Source: Eubacteriales bacterium (lineage in GTDB: Bacteria > Bacillota > Clostridia > Oscillospirales > CAG-272). Taken from it: 64,000 bases of DNA. The notes beneath the pieces are model-generated. The model searched no databases, was not told where the DNA came from, and was given only the letters and a program-made list of their open reading frames with translations. Below, in pieces: positions 28,283-38,061 of this stretch (position 1 is its first letter; the number at the start of each line of letters is the position of its first letter). A program made the position numbers and the translations under genes. The DNA lies in contig JAZTXP010000013.1 of NCBI GenBank assembly GCA_045636465.1, forward strand, positions 24,686 through 88,685, written 5' to 3'.

Positions 28283-28864
28283 ATGTCTAAGAAAAGCTTT
28301 AATACAAAAGGAATCAACTACCCAAAGACAAGGCTCGGTATGGCGAAGATGAACAAGCTGGCGGAGGCGGCGGAGGGGCTTTTCTCTACGGTCGGCTTCT
28401 ATAATACCTCCATCGTGGATATTTGCAAGAGGGCTGATACTGCCGTCGGCACCTTTTATATATATTTTGAAACCAAAGCAGACGTTTACCGCTACCTCTT
28501 AAGGAAATACAATGATGATATTTTGGCGAATATGGACGAGGCGATCAGCACCCCCACCGATAAGGCAAAAAGAGGTCGGGAGAGCATCAGGGCTTTTATA
28601 AAATACGTTAAGGAGCATCCAAACGCCTATACTGTTATACTCGGCAGCCTCTCGGTGGATAGGTCGATGTTTTTCGGTTGTATTTCTGCCTTTGCGGAAG
28701 CCTTAGAGGGAGAGCTTGGCGGCGAAGGGGGCGACTTCTCTGCCCTTACCTATTCTCTGATAGGAATTTCGGGTATGCTGGGACTGAAGGCGATATCCGA
28801 GGAAATGACAAACAAGGATATAGACAAAATGTTAGACGGCTTCTCCTTCGCAAGCCTCATATAA
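28283..28864 (+). CDS. TetR/AcrR family transcriptional regulator
   Basis: 193 aa. N-terminal HTH (FYNTSIVDICKRADTAVGTFYIYFETK) and a helical C-terminal ligand domain. Confidence 0.85.
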   Translation: MSKKSFNTKGINYPKTRLGMAKMNKLAEAAEGLFSTVGFYNTSIVDICKRADTAVGTFYIYFETKADVYRYLLRKYNDDILANMDEAISTPTDKAKRGRESIRAFIKYVKEHPNAYTVILGSLSVDRSMFFGCISAFAEALEGELGGEGGDFSALTYSLIGISGMLGLKAISEEMTNKDIDKMLDGFSFASLI

Positions 28865-28866
28865 AT

Positions 28867-28949
28867 AAAAGAGCAGGTTTTATCTATTGAAGTGAATCCG
28901 AAAAATACTTTCGATTGTATATCACTCAAAGGATTCCCTGCTCTTTTTA
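28867..28949 (+). terminator. Long branched hairpin ending in a U-run immediately after tetR (terminator or structured 3' element)
   Basis: Outer stem AAAAGAGCAGG (28867-28877) / CCTGCTCTTTT (28937-28947). Inner stems GAATCC (28894-28899) / GGATTC (28931-28936) and CGAAA..TTTCG. T5 follows. Confidence 0.55.
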
Positions 28950-28985
28950 TTGAGTTTACGGTTTTAACTTTTGGCCTTATTTATG

Positions 28986-29128
28986 GACGTTCATCTTACT
29001 TCAAAATACGTTTATCGTCTATCAAAGACATTTTTCTTACATTAAAAGACGTTTGCTTCAATCAACAGACGTTCATCTTATATTAAAAAACGTTTACTTC
29101 TATCAATAGACGTTTATCTTCTTTTTTA
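28986..29128. repeat. Seven tandem 20/21-bp direct repeats (core GACGTTTATCTT), organised as a 41-bp super-repeat x3.5
   Basis: Units start at 28986, 29007, 29027, 29048, 29068, 29089 and 29109. Odd units end in ...TTAAAA and even units in ...TATCAA(A/T)A. The array is non-coding and lies between convergent gene ends. Confidence 0.85.
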
Positions 29129-29150
29129 TAGGCGACTTTTCGGCGTCTGA

Positions 29151-29639
29151 TCACGTCTCCGAGCGCTTTTTTATCTCTTCCCGAAGCCACCTCATAACGC
29201 CGAGACAGCCCTCGTAAATATCCTCATAAGCGATATCAAATCGGTCGGTATACCAGGGATCTGCCACGTCGCCTCCGCGAGGGGTGAAATCCATCAGCTT
29301 ATGAAGCTTTCCTTCGGGATCGCCTGAGAGAATACGGAGAGAGTTGCGGATATTCTTCTCGTCCATAGCGATTAAGATATCGTATTTTCCATAGTCGTCC
29401 TTCGTAAGCTGAACAGCCCTTTTGCCCGAGGGGTCTATGCCGTGCTTTTTAAGCTCACGAACGGCAGGCGGATAAACGGGATTACCTACCTCGCCCCATA
29501 TTTCCTCTCTAGAGGTGGCAGATGATGCAACCGACGATACCCCCACAAGTGAAGAGTCCTCTATCATTTTTCGCATAACGAACTCTGCCATAGGGCTGCG
29601 GCAGATATTTCCGTGACATATAAACATTATTTTTATCAT
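29151..29639 (-). CDS. Low-molecular-weight protein-tyrosine phosphatase
   Basis: Starts at MIKIMFICHGNICRSP (CX5R(S/T) P-loop), with a DPWY motif near the C-terminus. The ATG at 29639 is preferred over the track start. Confidence 0.85.
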   Translation of the reverse strand: MIKIMFICHGNICRSPMAEFVMRKMIEDSSLVGVSSVASSATSREEIWGEVGNPVYPPAVRELKKHGIDPSGKRAVQLTKDDYGKYDILIAMDEKNIRNSLRILSGDPEGKLHKLMDFTPRGGDVADPWYTDRFDIAYEDIYEGCLGVMRWLREEIKKRSET

Positions 29640-29786
29640 TAACAACTCCCGAAAAACAAGAGAGCAAAAGCTAAAAGCCAAATATGCAAATTTAAGTTGT
29701 CATATTGCGGTCTTTTGCGCTTTCGCTCTTTTTATATTGACACTAATCAAAGCGCGCCCTGATAACTGTATTTTTGCTTTCTCGCC

Positions 29787-31286
29787 TTATTTTAACGTTT
29801 CAGCGCGCCTTCCTTTTGCGGTTTTTTTCTCGCATCGCTGGTAGAATATCTCGGTAGCAAAGGCGATCTTGGTGGCAACGTTTTTCTTGGTGGGATAGCA
29901 ATAGAAGGAATCGTTCTCGGTGGAAACGTCTATGCAATCCTTAAGAGGCTTGATCTTGGGGAAATCATACTCCACGTGGAGGCCGCTTGTCTGAATAGGC
30001 GTTCTGTGAATACAGAAGTCCTCGCCGTTATAATGTCCGCGAACTACGAAGCCATCCACCTCATTATGAACGAGCGTTCCCTTGCCAAGATAGGGGAAGC
30101 TATAGCAGCCGGGCTGGGAATAGATCTCAACATCGTCAGAGAATGAGTATTCTCCTCGCTCGATCTGACCTTTGACCTGCTCCTTTTCCCAATTGAACCA
30201 ATCGGGAACGTGAGAAAACTCGGTCTCGCCCTCGTTTGCCTTAAGCGATCCGTCCTCAAGAAGAGTCCATCTCTTGCCGCACTTCTCGCAGAATATCTCG
30301 CTGCCGAGAGAATTCATCTCCGACTCCGCCATACAGTGAGGACACTGATAAAGAACCTTATGTAAGCCCTCTGCCCTCCCCGGCTCTGTGATGAGAATGC
30401 TGTTTTCCTTCTGATATTTATAGTCGTCGTAGGTCATCTCGGATTTGATAAAATCGTTGATCTCCTTTGCTGACATCCTTTCAATATCCTCCGCTGTGAG
30501 CGAAAGCTTGATGGTGGTGTGAAGAGGAACCTTTCTGTTATTCTTCACGTTCCAGGCAGGCTGAAGAAGATGGTTGCCTCTCTGTGTGACGATAACCACG
30601 GGAACCTTACATCTCTTTATAAGCATGCCCAGAGACTCGGGGAGATAGGAGCTGACACCGCAAGGGGAATATCTCGCCTCGGGGTACATACAAAGCACGT
30701 CGCCGCGGGAGAGTACCTTGCGGATAGACTTGATAAGATGGATATCCGAGGTGAACTTTCTTGTTCCGATAGAGCCGATCCACTCCATGAGCCAGGGACG
30801 AAGGTAATAGCCGTCGATATTTACCACGTTGTTCATTCTCTGGGGATATGTACCTACCGACACAAGCTCGAAGTCAACGAAGGACATGTGATTGGAAAGA
30901 ATCATATAAGGAGGCTTTAGCCCCTCCATGCCTATCCTCTCCACCTTCTTCTTCTTACCCATCAGCATTATCTGAGAAAGAACCCAAATAAGCCAGGTAA
31001 GATAGATAGGCTGCCTTATAGGATATTTTGCAGTTTTATAGTATTTATGAAACCTATAGTTTACATTTTTAGGGATTATTTCTTCTTTTTCGCCCTCGCA
31101 CTCAGAGGGAGAATTTACAGAATCTTCGGATTTTTCGTAATTATTTTCCGAATTTTCCGAGCAAGGCGCCGCATTTTCACCGTTTTTTTCGGGAGATGCT
31201 ACGCCCTCGCAAAAGATTTCATTTTCTTCCTCGGAATGTCTTGTATCAATAGTCGTATCGTTATTTATTACTTTTAAGTTATTCAC
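29787..31286 (-). CDS. Lysophospholipid (PlsC-type) acyltransferase family protein with a C-terminal Cys4 ribbon
   Basis: 499 aa. An acidic, low-complexity N-terminus (the real start may be internal). NHMSFVDF (HX4D) and YPEARYS motifs. CPHC...CEKCG in the C-terminal half. Confidence 0.75.
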   Translation of the reverse strand: MNNLKVINNDTTIDTRHSEEENEIFCEGVASPEKNGENAAPCSENSENNYEKSEDSVNSPSECEGEKEEIIPKNVNYRFHKYYKTAKYPIRQPIYLTWLIWVLSQIMLMGKKKKVERIGMEGLKPPYMILSNHMSFVDFELVSVGTYPQRMNNVVNIDGYYLRPWLMEWIGSIGTRKFTSDIHLIKSIRKVLSRGDVLCMYPEARYSPCGVSSYLPESLGMLIKRCKVPVVIVTQRGNHLLQPAWNVKNNRKVPLHTTIKLSLTAEDIERMSAKEINDFIKSEMTYDDYKYQKENSILITEPGRAEGLHKVLYQCPHCMAESEMNSLGSEIFCEKCGKRWTLLEDGSLKANEGETEFSHVPDWFNWEKEQVKGQIERGEYSFSDDVEIYSQPGCYSFPYLGKGTLVHNEVDGFVVRGHYNGEDFCIHRTPIQTSGLHVEYDFPKIKPLKDCIDVSTENDSFYCYPTKKNVATKIAFATEIFYQRCEKKTAKGRRAETLK

Positions 31287-31336
31287 AGATACCTCTTATA
31301 ACACGTAAAATCAAACAGCTAATTTCACCGTCGAAA

Positions 31337-33085
31337 TTAAATGCTATATTTTCCTTTATATTCCTTATATTTTTCCTCGAATGCCGAGTCCTCTCGCTTG
31401 ATCTCTCTCATATACTTGTGGGTATCGATAAGCTCCCTCTCGGCGATCTCGATAACACACTCCGCAATATTGGAGCAATGGTCGGATACACGCTCAAAGT
31501 TGTTAAGTATATCGGCGAGAATAAATCCGTTTTCGATAGTACATTCGTTGTTCTGAAGACGGCGAATGTGATTGCGCTTTATCTTGCTCTTAAGACCGTC
31601 GATAACCTGCTCAAGAGGCTCGACCAATCTCGCCTTTTCGATATCGTTATTGAGGAATGCTTCCTCGGTTATACCAAGTATCTCGCGTATTGCGTCGCGC
31701 AAAATGGCAAGCTCACGGCGAGCCTCCTCGGAGAATTCCATCTTTTTATCGGCGATTTCCTCTGCCGATTCAACGATATTTACTGCGTGGTCGGAGATAC
31801 GCTCAAGGTCGCCTATAATGTGAAGGAGCTTTGATACTTGCTTTGAATCCTGCTCGTCAACCTCATTTTCAGCGATCTTGATAAGATAACTGCCAAGGCT
31901 ATCCTCGTAATTATCCGCCTTGCTTTCCTGCTTTCTGACCTTTTCGGCAAGCTTCACGTCATACTGCTCGAATACCGAAAGTGCATTGCGCAGAGCCTTG
32001 AAGGAAACCGTTGCCATAGATCCTGTAACCTCTGTAGCGCGCGCTACCGCAACCGCAGGGGTGAGAAGCAAACGCTCGTCGAGGGGGCTTGCCTTCTCGT
32101 CCTCGTCCTCCTCCTTGTCCTTTACCGTAAGAACGGCAAGCTTTTCAAGAAGCTTATAGAAGGGGGCGATAAGGGCTACGGAAAGTATCTTGAATATGGT
32201 GTGTACCGCTGCAACGCCCCACATATTGATGGTTCCGTCGGCAAAATTCGCCACGTACGGAACGAGGGCTTCAACGATGGAGTAAACCGAAAGCCACACC
32301 ACCATACCGATTATATTGAAGTAGAGATGCACGAAGGCGGCTCTTTTACCGTTCTTATTCGCACCGATAGAAGAGATCATTGCGGTAACGCAGGTACCGA
32401 TGTTCTGACCCATAATGATGGGGATCGCCGCGCCGTAGGTGATTGCGCCGGTTGCCGTCAGGGACTGAAGAATACCGATTGATGCGGAGGAGGACTGAAC
32501 TATAACAGTAAGAACAAGTCCTGCAAGAACGCCGAGGATGGGATTCTGGAACTTAAGGAGGATATTTGCAAACTCAGGATCGTTCTTAAGACCGCTTACC
32601 GAGCCGCTCATTATATCCATACCCACCATAAGAACCGCAAAGCCGAGAAGAATATATCCTACATCTTTCTTTTTACCTCTCTTGGCAAACATCGTGAGTA
32701 TTATACCTATCGCAGCAACCAGGGGTATCCAGGAGTCGGGCTTCAGCCATCTCAGAGCATCGCCTACACCGGAAAGACCTGTAAGCCAGGCGGTAACCGC
32801 TGTACCTACGTTCGCTCCCATAATAACGCCAACCGACTGAAGAAGGGTCATAGTTCCCGAGTTTACAAAGCCCACTACCATAACCGTGGTAGCAGATGAT
32901 GATTGAATAACCGCGGTTACGCCGAGACCGAGAAGGAAGCCGCGAAGAGGACTTGAGGTCATCTTGGCAAGGATCTTTTTAAGGCTTGAGCCCGCGCTTT
33001 TTTTAAGCGATTCGCCCATAACGTCCATTCCGTAAAGGAAGAGAGCCAAGCCGCATACCAATTCTAAAATTTCAAAAATTCCCAT
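31337..33085 (-). CDS. Na+/phosphate cotransporter family protein with C-terminal PhoU-like repeats
   Basis: NptA-type TM repeats (QSSSATT / QSSSASIG) followed by two PhoU-like helical repeats (ERISDHAVNI, ERVSDHCSNI). The ATG at 33085 (MGIFEILELV) is preferred. Confidence 0.85.
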   Translation of the reverse strand: MGIFEILELVCGLALFLYGMDVMGESLKKSAGSSLKKILAKMTSSPLRGFLLGLGVTAVIQSSSATTVMVVGFVNSGTMTLLQSVGVIMGANVGTAVTAWLTGLSGVGDALRWLKPDSWIPLVAAIGIILTMFAKRGKKKDVGYILLGFAVLMVGMDIMSGSVSGLKNDPEFANILLKFQNPILGVLAGLVLTVIVQSSSASIGILQSLTATGAITYGAAIPIIMGQNIGTCVTAMISSIGANKNGKRAAFVHLYFNIIGMVVWLSVYSIVEALVPYVANFADGTINMWGVAAVHTIFKILSVALIAPFYKLLEKLAVLTVKDKEEDEDEKASPLDERLLLTPAVAVARATEVTGSMATVSFKALRNALSVFEQYDVKLAEKVRKQESKADNYEDSLGSYLIKIAENEVDEQDSKQVSKLLHIIGDLERISDHAVNIVESAEEIADKKMEFSEEARRELAILRDAIREILGITEEAFLNNDIEKARLVEPLEQVIDGLKSKIKRNHIRRLQNNECTIENGFILADILNNFERVSDHCSNIAECVIEIAERELIDTHKYMREIKREDSAFEEKYKEYKGKYSI

Positions 33086-33210
33086 ATTTTTTCCTTTCGT
33101 AAAAGAAGCGAATAAGAAAATTCGCATTTTTTCACAATACCATTATAGCAAAAGAATGTCTATTTTTCAATAGTTTTTTATAATCGCGCATGTATTGTGT
33201 GCATTTTACA

Positions 33211-33241
33211 TAAAAAGACCGACCAAAAGTCGGTCGGTCTT
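33211..33241 (-). terminator. Rho-independent terminator after copA
   Basis: On the minus strand: AAGACCGACC-GACTTTT-GGTCGGTCTT followed by TTTAT. Confidence 0.8.
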
Positions 33242-33272
33242 AAGAGGAAAATGTTGAAATTATACAAATAAA

Positions 33273-35792
33273 TCAAGCCTCTGCCTTGTAGCCCGCATCG
33301 ATTATAGCGCGTACAAGAGCATCTTTGTCAAGGTTTTCGCCGCTTACGGTAGCGCGGTCCTCCTTGTAGCTAACGTCCGCCTCGCTAACGCCCGGGATAG
33401 CCTCAAGCACGCCCTTTACTCTTGCCTCGCAATGAGGACACATCATTCCTTCAACCTTGATAGTAACTGTCATAATACTGTTCTCCTTTTCGTTTATTTC
33501 TTCGTTTGTATTTTCTAAGTCCTCGCCGCGGGACTCACACTTGTGGCGCAGTGTACGCCCAAAGAGATTAAGGCGAAGAGCATTCATTACTACAATGAAG
33601 CTGGAAACACTCATAGCCGCCGCGCCGAACATAGGTGTCAGGGTAAGCCCAAGACCCGAGAATGCGCCCATAGCAAGAGGAATGCCGATAACATTGTATA
33701 TAAACGCCCAGAAAAGATTTTCCTTGATATTGAGAAGCACGCGTCTGCCCAGCCTGATGGCTTTGGGGATATCCTTCACGTCATCGCACATAAGAACAAC
33801 GTCGCTTGACTCGATTGCAATGTCCGTTCCGCCGCCGATAGCAACGCCCACATCGGCTCTTGCAAGAGCGGGAGCATCGTTTATTCCGTCACCCACCATC
33901 ATTACTCTGCCCTCCTCCATGAGGCGGCGTACTACTGCCTCCTTTTCATCGGGAAGCACGTCGGAGATGATCTCGCAGACCCCGAGAGGCGCGCCGATGG
34001 CCTCGGCAACGCGGCGGTTGTCGCCGGTAAGAAGAACCGTCTTGATGCCCATCTCCCGAAGCTCGGAAAGAGCAGATACGGCGGTATCGCGAAGGGTATC
34101 GGCAACAGATATAACGCCCATAAGACGGGAGTCGGAAATGAAGTAAAGAGGGGTCTTTCCTTCGCCCGAGAGCCCCTCGCCAAGCTCCCTCATATCAGAG
34201 GAAATATCGGCTATTTCCATTGCGGTTTTAAGGTTTACACCATATATTTCTTTCCCAAACACCTTGGCATAAACACCCTTGCCGCCAAGAGCCTTGAACT
34301 CAGAAATATCTATGTTTTGTAAATCATAATTTACATATTTTTTGATTGCAAGGGAAATTGGATGCTCGCTCATTTTTTCTGCCGCGGCAACTGTGCGGAG
34401 AAATTCATCTCTGTCAACCCCCGCCCGGGGAATAACGTCAACCACTCGCATATTGCCCTCGGTGACAGTTCCCGTCTTGTCGAAAACCACGGTCTTAATC
34501 CTGCCCGAAAGCTCTAAGGACGTAGCATTCTTATAGAGTATTCCGCCCTTCGCGCCAACTCCCGTGCCTACCATTATGGCAACCGGAGTAGCAAGTCCGA
34601 GAGCGCAGGGACAGCTGACTACCAATACCGAGATGGCAGATGAAAGAGCCGTATCAAAGCCGGATTTCAAGATGAGATGCAATATTAGGGTAAAAAGAGA
34701 AATTCCAAGAACCACAGGAACAAAAACTCCCGAGACCTTATCTGCAAGCTTGGCAATGGGAGCCTTTGATGCCGAGGCCTCCTCCACCATTTTCACCACC
34801 TTGGAATAGGTGGTCTCGGAGAGGACCTTAGTGGCTCTACATTTAAGATATCCCGACTGATTGACGGTGGCCGCAAGCACCGATGAGCCCACGCCCTTTT
34901 CGGCAGGAATGCTCTCGCCTGTAAGAGAGGCTTCCACGATCTGACTCTCGCCCTCGATAACTACGCCGTCTACTGCGATCATCTCGCCGGGGCGAACAAG
35001 GAATGTATCTCCTACCTTTACGTCCTCTGCCGCCACAATCATCTCCTCTCCGTCTACGATGAGAGTAGCGATTTTGGGAGAAAGCTCCATAAGCGAATTG
35101 ATAGCGTCTGTGGTTCTGCCCTTCGCCAGACTTTCAAGCAGCTTTCCAACGGTGATAAGTGTCAATATCATTGCCGCAGACTCAAAATAGAGGCCGTGAA
35201 GATGATGGCGGGCAAGCTCAATATTTCCGTCCATATACGCTTCGCTCATTGATATAACTATCCACACGCTGTAGACGAATGATGCCGCCGAGCCCAGAGA
35301 AACCAGGGTGTCCATATTGGGAGATCTGTTAATAACGCCCTTCACTCCGTTTATGAAGAACCTCTGATTTATTATCATAACCGCCGCCGCAAGGAGCATC
35401 TCGATAATAGCGATCATCAGGGGATTTCTTGAGATCCTCTCGGGTAGCCAAGCGCCCATCATAACGTGCCCCATAGATATATACATTAGTATGACCATAA
35501 GAACCACAGAGGAGACAAGACGGATAATAAGTGCGTTTTTCTCCTTGTTTTGTAAACTATTATTTTCTTTTTCGGGAGCTTTTACTCCCTTTTCCTTTGC
35601 TGAATATCCTGCATTCACTACCGCATCTATAATTTCAGAGGCGGTAATATCCCCCTCAACGGTCATAGAATTGGCAAGGAGATTTACCTGACATTCATTA
35701 ACTCCAGAGAGCTTGGAAACCGCCCCCTCTACCCTTGCTGAGCAGGCGGCACAGCTCATTCCGAATACGTCAAACGTCATTTTACTCATCAC
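33273..35792 (-). CDS. copA: Copper-translocating P1B-type ATPase with N-terminal and C-terminal heavy-metal-associated domains
   Basis: 839 aa. N-terminal HMA (GMSCAACSARV), CPC in a TM helix (SCPCALGLATP), DKTGT, GDGINDAP, and a second HMA at the extreme C-terminus (GMMCPHCEARV). Confidence 0.95.
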   Translation of the reverse strand: MMSKMTFDVFGMSCAACSARVEGAVSKLSGVNECQVNLLANSMTVEGDITASEIIDAVVNAGYSAKEKGVKAPEKENNSLQNKEKNALIIRLVSSVVLMVILMYISMGHVMMGAWLPERISRNPLMIAIIEMLLAAAVMIINQRFFINGVKGVINRSPNMDTLVSLGSAASFVYSVWIVISMSEAYMDGNIELARHHLHGLYFESAAMILTLITVGKLLESLAKGRTTDAINSLMELSPKIATLIVDGEEMIVAAEDVKVGDTFLVRPGEMIAVDGVVIEGESQIVEASLTGESIPAEKGVGSSVLAATVNQSGYLKCRATKVLSETTYSKVVKMVEEASASKAPIAKLADKVSGVFVPVVLGISLFTLILHLILKSGFDTALSSAISVLVVSCPCALGLATPVAIMVGTGVGAKGGILYKNATSLELSGRIKTVVFDKTGTVTEGNMRVVDVIPRAGVDRDEFLRTVAAAEKMSEHPISLAIKKYVNYDLQNIDISEFKALGGKGVYAKVFGKEIYGVNLKTAMEIADISSDMRELGEGLSGEGKTPLYFISDSRLMGVISVADTLRDTAVSALSELREMGIKTVLLTGDNRRVAEAIGAPLGVCEIISDVLPDEKEAVVRRLMEEGRVMMVGDGINDAPALARADVGVAIGGGTDIAIESSDVVLMCDDVKDIPKAIRLGRRVLLNIKENLFWAFIYNVIGIPLAMGAFSGLGLTLTPMFGAAAMSVSSFIVVMNALRLNLFGRTLRHKCESRGEDLENTNEEINEKENSIMTVTIKVEGMMCPHCEARVKGVLEAIPGVSEADVSYKEDRATVSGENLDKDALVRAIIDAGYKAEA

Positions 35793-36082
35793 TTGATAAA
35801 CCTCGCTATAGTACGAATAAGCTCTTCGATTTTTTCATCGTCTCCATTGCGCACTCCACCTGCAACGCAAGAACGGATATGAGATTCCAGGATCTCCTTT
35901 GAAAAAGAACCTAAGGCGGAGATAGTCGCGGATGTCTGCGTCAGAATATCAACGCAGTATTTATCGTCTGTGAGCATCTCTTTAATGCCTCTTACCTGCC
36001 CTTCTATCCTTGAAAGACGGTTTATCAGGGCGCGCTTCTCCTTCTCGCTGCGTATTTTTGTTTTTTCACCGCAACATTCCAT
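35789..36082 (-). CDS. csoR: CsoR-family copper-sensing transcriptional repressor
   Basis: 97 aa. RLSRIEGQVRGI, C-x...H-x3-C ligand pattern (YCVDILTQ ... ESHIRSC). Overlaps the copA start by 4 nt. Confidence 0.9.
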   Translation of the reverse strand: MECCGEKTKIRSEKEKRALINRLSRIEGQVRGIKEMLTDDKYCVDILTQTSATISALGSFSKEILESHIRSCVAGGVRNGDDEKIEELIRTIARFIK

Positions 36083-36149
36083 AAAGCTTCTAACCTTCCT
36101 TTTCTATAATCTAGAGCGGCCTTACAAAAAGGTCCATATTTCCCTATAT

Positions 36150-36178
36150 ATTATATACCCCCGAGGGGTATTTGTCAA
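36150..36178 (-). promoter_or_regulatory. csoR-copA promoter with a CsoR-type operator in the spacer
   Basis: On the minus strand: TTGACA (36178-36173), 17-nt spacer, TATAAT (36155-36150). The GC-tract palindrome ATACCCC-CGA-GGGGTAT (36155-36171) fills the spacer. Confidence 0.75.
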
Positions 36179-36420
36179 GTGCTTTTTGAGATAATTATTA
36201 TTTTACGATGCGCGAAGCTGTATACAGACGGCGCTCACAATTATTGGGTTATCTCTAATCCTTTTTAATCCTACAACGATTATTATATTATTTCCCACAT
36301 TTTCCCCGAGTCCGTGACAAAAGCGCAAAAATGACCGCCCAAAATAGGGCGGTCGAATTCTGTTTTTACTGACAAGCTCAAATGCCGTTTTCAGTTATAA
36401 GTAAATTTATACTATGATAA

Positions 36421-37953
36421 TTACTTAGTCGCAGTTATAAAGAACACTACGAGATAATAGCCTTCATCGGTATAGTTATAAACAGTGAACTCCACGCTTT
36501 CGTGATCAATAGCATCCTCGATGGACGAATGAACGTTCTTGCCGGTCACTGCGCTTGCGGGATCGAACTTCAAGGTATATGCAGGAGAATCAAGCTCCAA
36601 AGCGTCGTCCAGCATTGTGTCAACCAGAGTATCAAGCTCAGAATAAGAATCGATCTTAAAGTCCAGATCAGATCCAAGATCACACTTGTCATAATAGCTA
36701 TCTGCCATGCTGGCATTATTGTTGTTGTTTTTGAGAGTAGAATCCCAAATGCCGCTGTAGTCATAGACTTTATCCGTTGAATAGCCCTGCTTGTAGGTGT
36801 TAACCGCGCAAAGGAAATAAGCGTAATCAACAACCTCTGCTTTAGCCTTGCCACCATCAAAGCTTACACCTGCATCTCCTGCGGTAGTATCAACCATATA
36901 CCAGGTGCCGTTAATCTTAACGTAGTTCCAAGCGTGACCTGCACCGCCGGTAAGGGATGCTCCAAAATCACGGAGGCACTCGATTCCCTCTATTCTGCAA
37001 AGAAGCACGAAGGCCTTGCTCTTGCCGTCGCAAACCGCGCGATTATATTCGAACACGCCCTCAAGGAAGTAGCAAACATTGTTTGCGGTATCGCCGCTAT
37101 CAATAGCCGCGTAAGCATCGTAGTCGTAATCAACGGAATCAACTATGTATTCGAAGATTGCCAGAGTCTTTTCGTAATCGGTCATATCATCGTTGATGAT
37201 GCGGCGAAGAATGTCCTTTGCCTCCTCATAGAAGGCCTCAGCCTTAGTGTTTTTCGCAGGGAAGGTGGGGAGATAATTATGCTCCAGCGCCCACCAAAGC
37301 GACTCGGAATTATAAACAGCCATCTCGCCCGCGTTGTTCTTGTTGATAGCAAAGTCATCAAAATCGGCAGATCTTGTAGCCTCGCCATCCTTTGCATCGC
37401 GGATAAGCATATTGCCATTCTTGTAGTTTTGATAAGTATGCTCCGCAGTTTTCGGAAGATTGTAGGATGCGGTTTCGTTATCGTACTTCAACTCAAAGGT
37501 TGCCACACTGCCTTCGTAAGTATATTCATATCCCGTGATATGCTCAAGCTCTCTGTTAGTATTTGCAAGATAGCCATTCTTGAAGAAATCGCCGAGTCCC
37601 GCATATCCGTATATCATGGAACCGAAATCAATAGTTATCTCCGAGAGAAGATTGGCAATCGCATAATCAAATACACGGTCAATTTCGTAATAACTTTCAA
37701 CTTCCCAAATATATCCGTCGGGGGAAGCAGGCACTACATTGTAGCCACTATGTAAACCAGAGTAGGGATTTTGGGGGGTGTTTACTCGATTTTCATCAGG
37801 CAGAACCTCTACAGCTCTTTCCTCCGTCTCCCCTTCGCCGCCATCCTGCAGGAAGGCATCAAGTATCTCAAAGATGATGTCGCAGGAGGTCATGGAAAAT
37901 ACCATAACCACGGTGAGAAGCAGCACAAGTAATCTCTTAAGTGTGTTTTTCAT
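36421..37953 (-). CDS. Transglutaminase-like (papain-fold) domain lipoprotein
   Basis: 510 aa. Lipobox FSMTSC. Transglutaminase core motifs CDGKSKAFVLLCR, GHAWNYV and MVDTT. Confidence 0.8.
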   Translation of the reverse strand: MKNTLKRLLVLLLTVVMVFSMTSCDIIFEILDAFLQDGGEGETEERAVEVLPDENRVNTPQNPYSGLHSGYNVVPASPDGYIWEVESYYEIDRVFDYAIANLLSEITIDFGSMIYGYAGLGDFFKNGYLANTNRELEHITGYEYTYEGSVATFELKYDNETASYNLPKTAEHTYQNYKNGNMLIRDAKDGEATRSADFDDFAINKNNAGEMAVYNSESLWWALEHNYLPTFPAKNTKAEAFYEEAKDILRRIINDDMTDYEKTLAIFEYIVDSVDYDYDAYAAIDSGDTANNVCYFLEGVFEYNRAVCDGKSKAFVLLCRIEGIECLRDFGASLTGGAGHAWNYVKINGTWYMVDTTAGDAGVSFDGGKAKAEVVDYAYFLCAVNTYKQGYSTDKVYDYSGIWDSTLKNNNNNASMADSYYDKCDLGSDLDFKIDSYSELDTLVDTMLDDALELDSPAYTLKFDPASAVTGKNVHSSIEDAIDHESVEFTVYNYTDEGYYLVVFFITATK

Positions 37954-38061
37954 ATTTATTCTCCTTGATAAAATTTAGTTTTCTACCTATATATTACCAT
38001 AAATAAATCGTAAATTCAATAATTTTTTGTGAACAGATAATAAAATTTATTTAAATATCAA

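Noticed and set aside
28892-29086. A 64-codon + strand ORF running through the structured tetR 3' element and the iteron-like array.
   Set aside because: It has no RBS, begins inside a hairpin, and its sequence is simply the translation of the tandem DNA repeats. A non-coding interpretation fits better.
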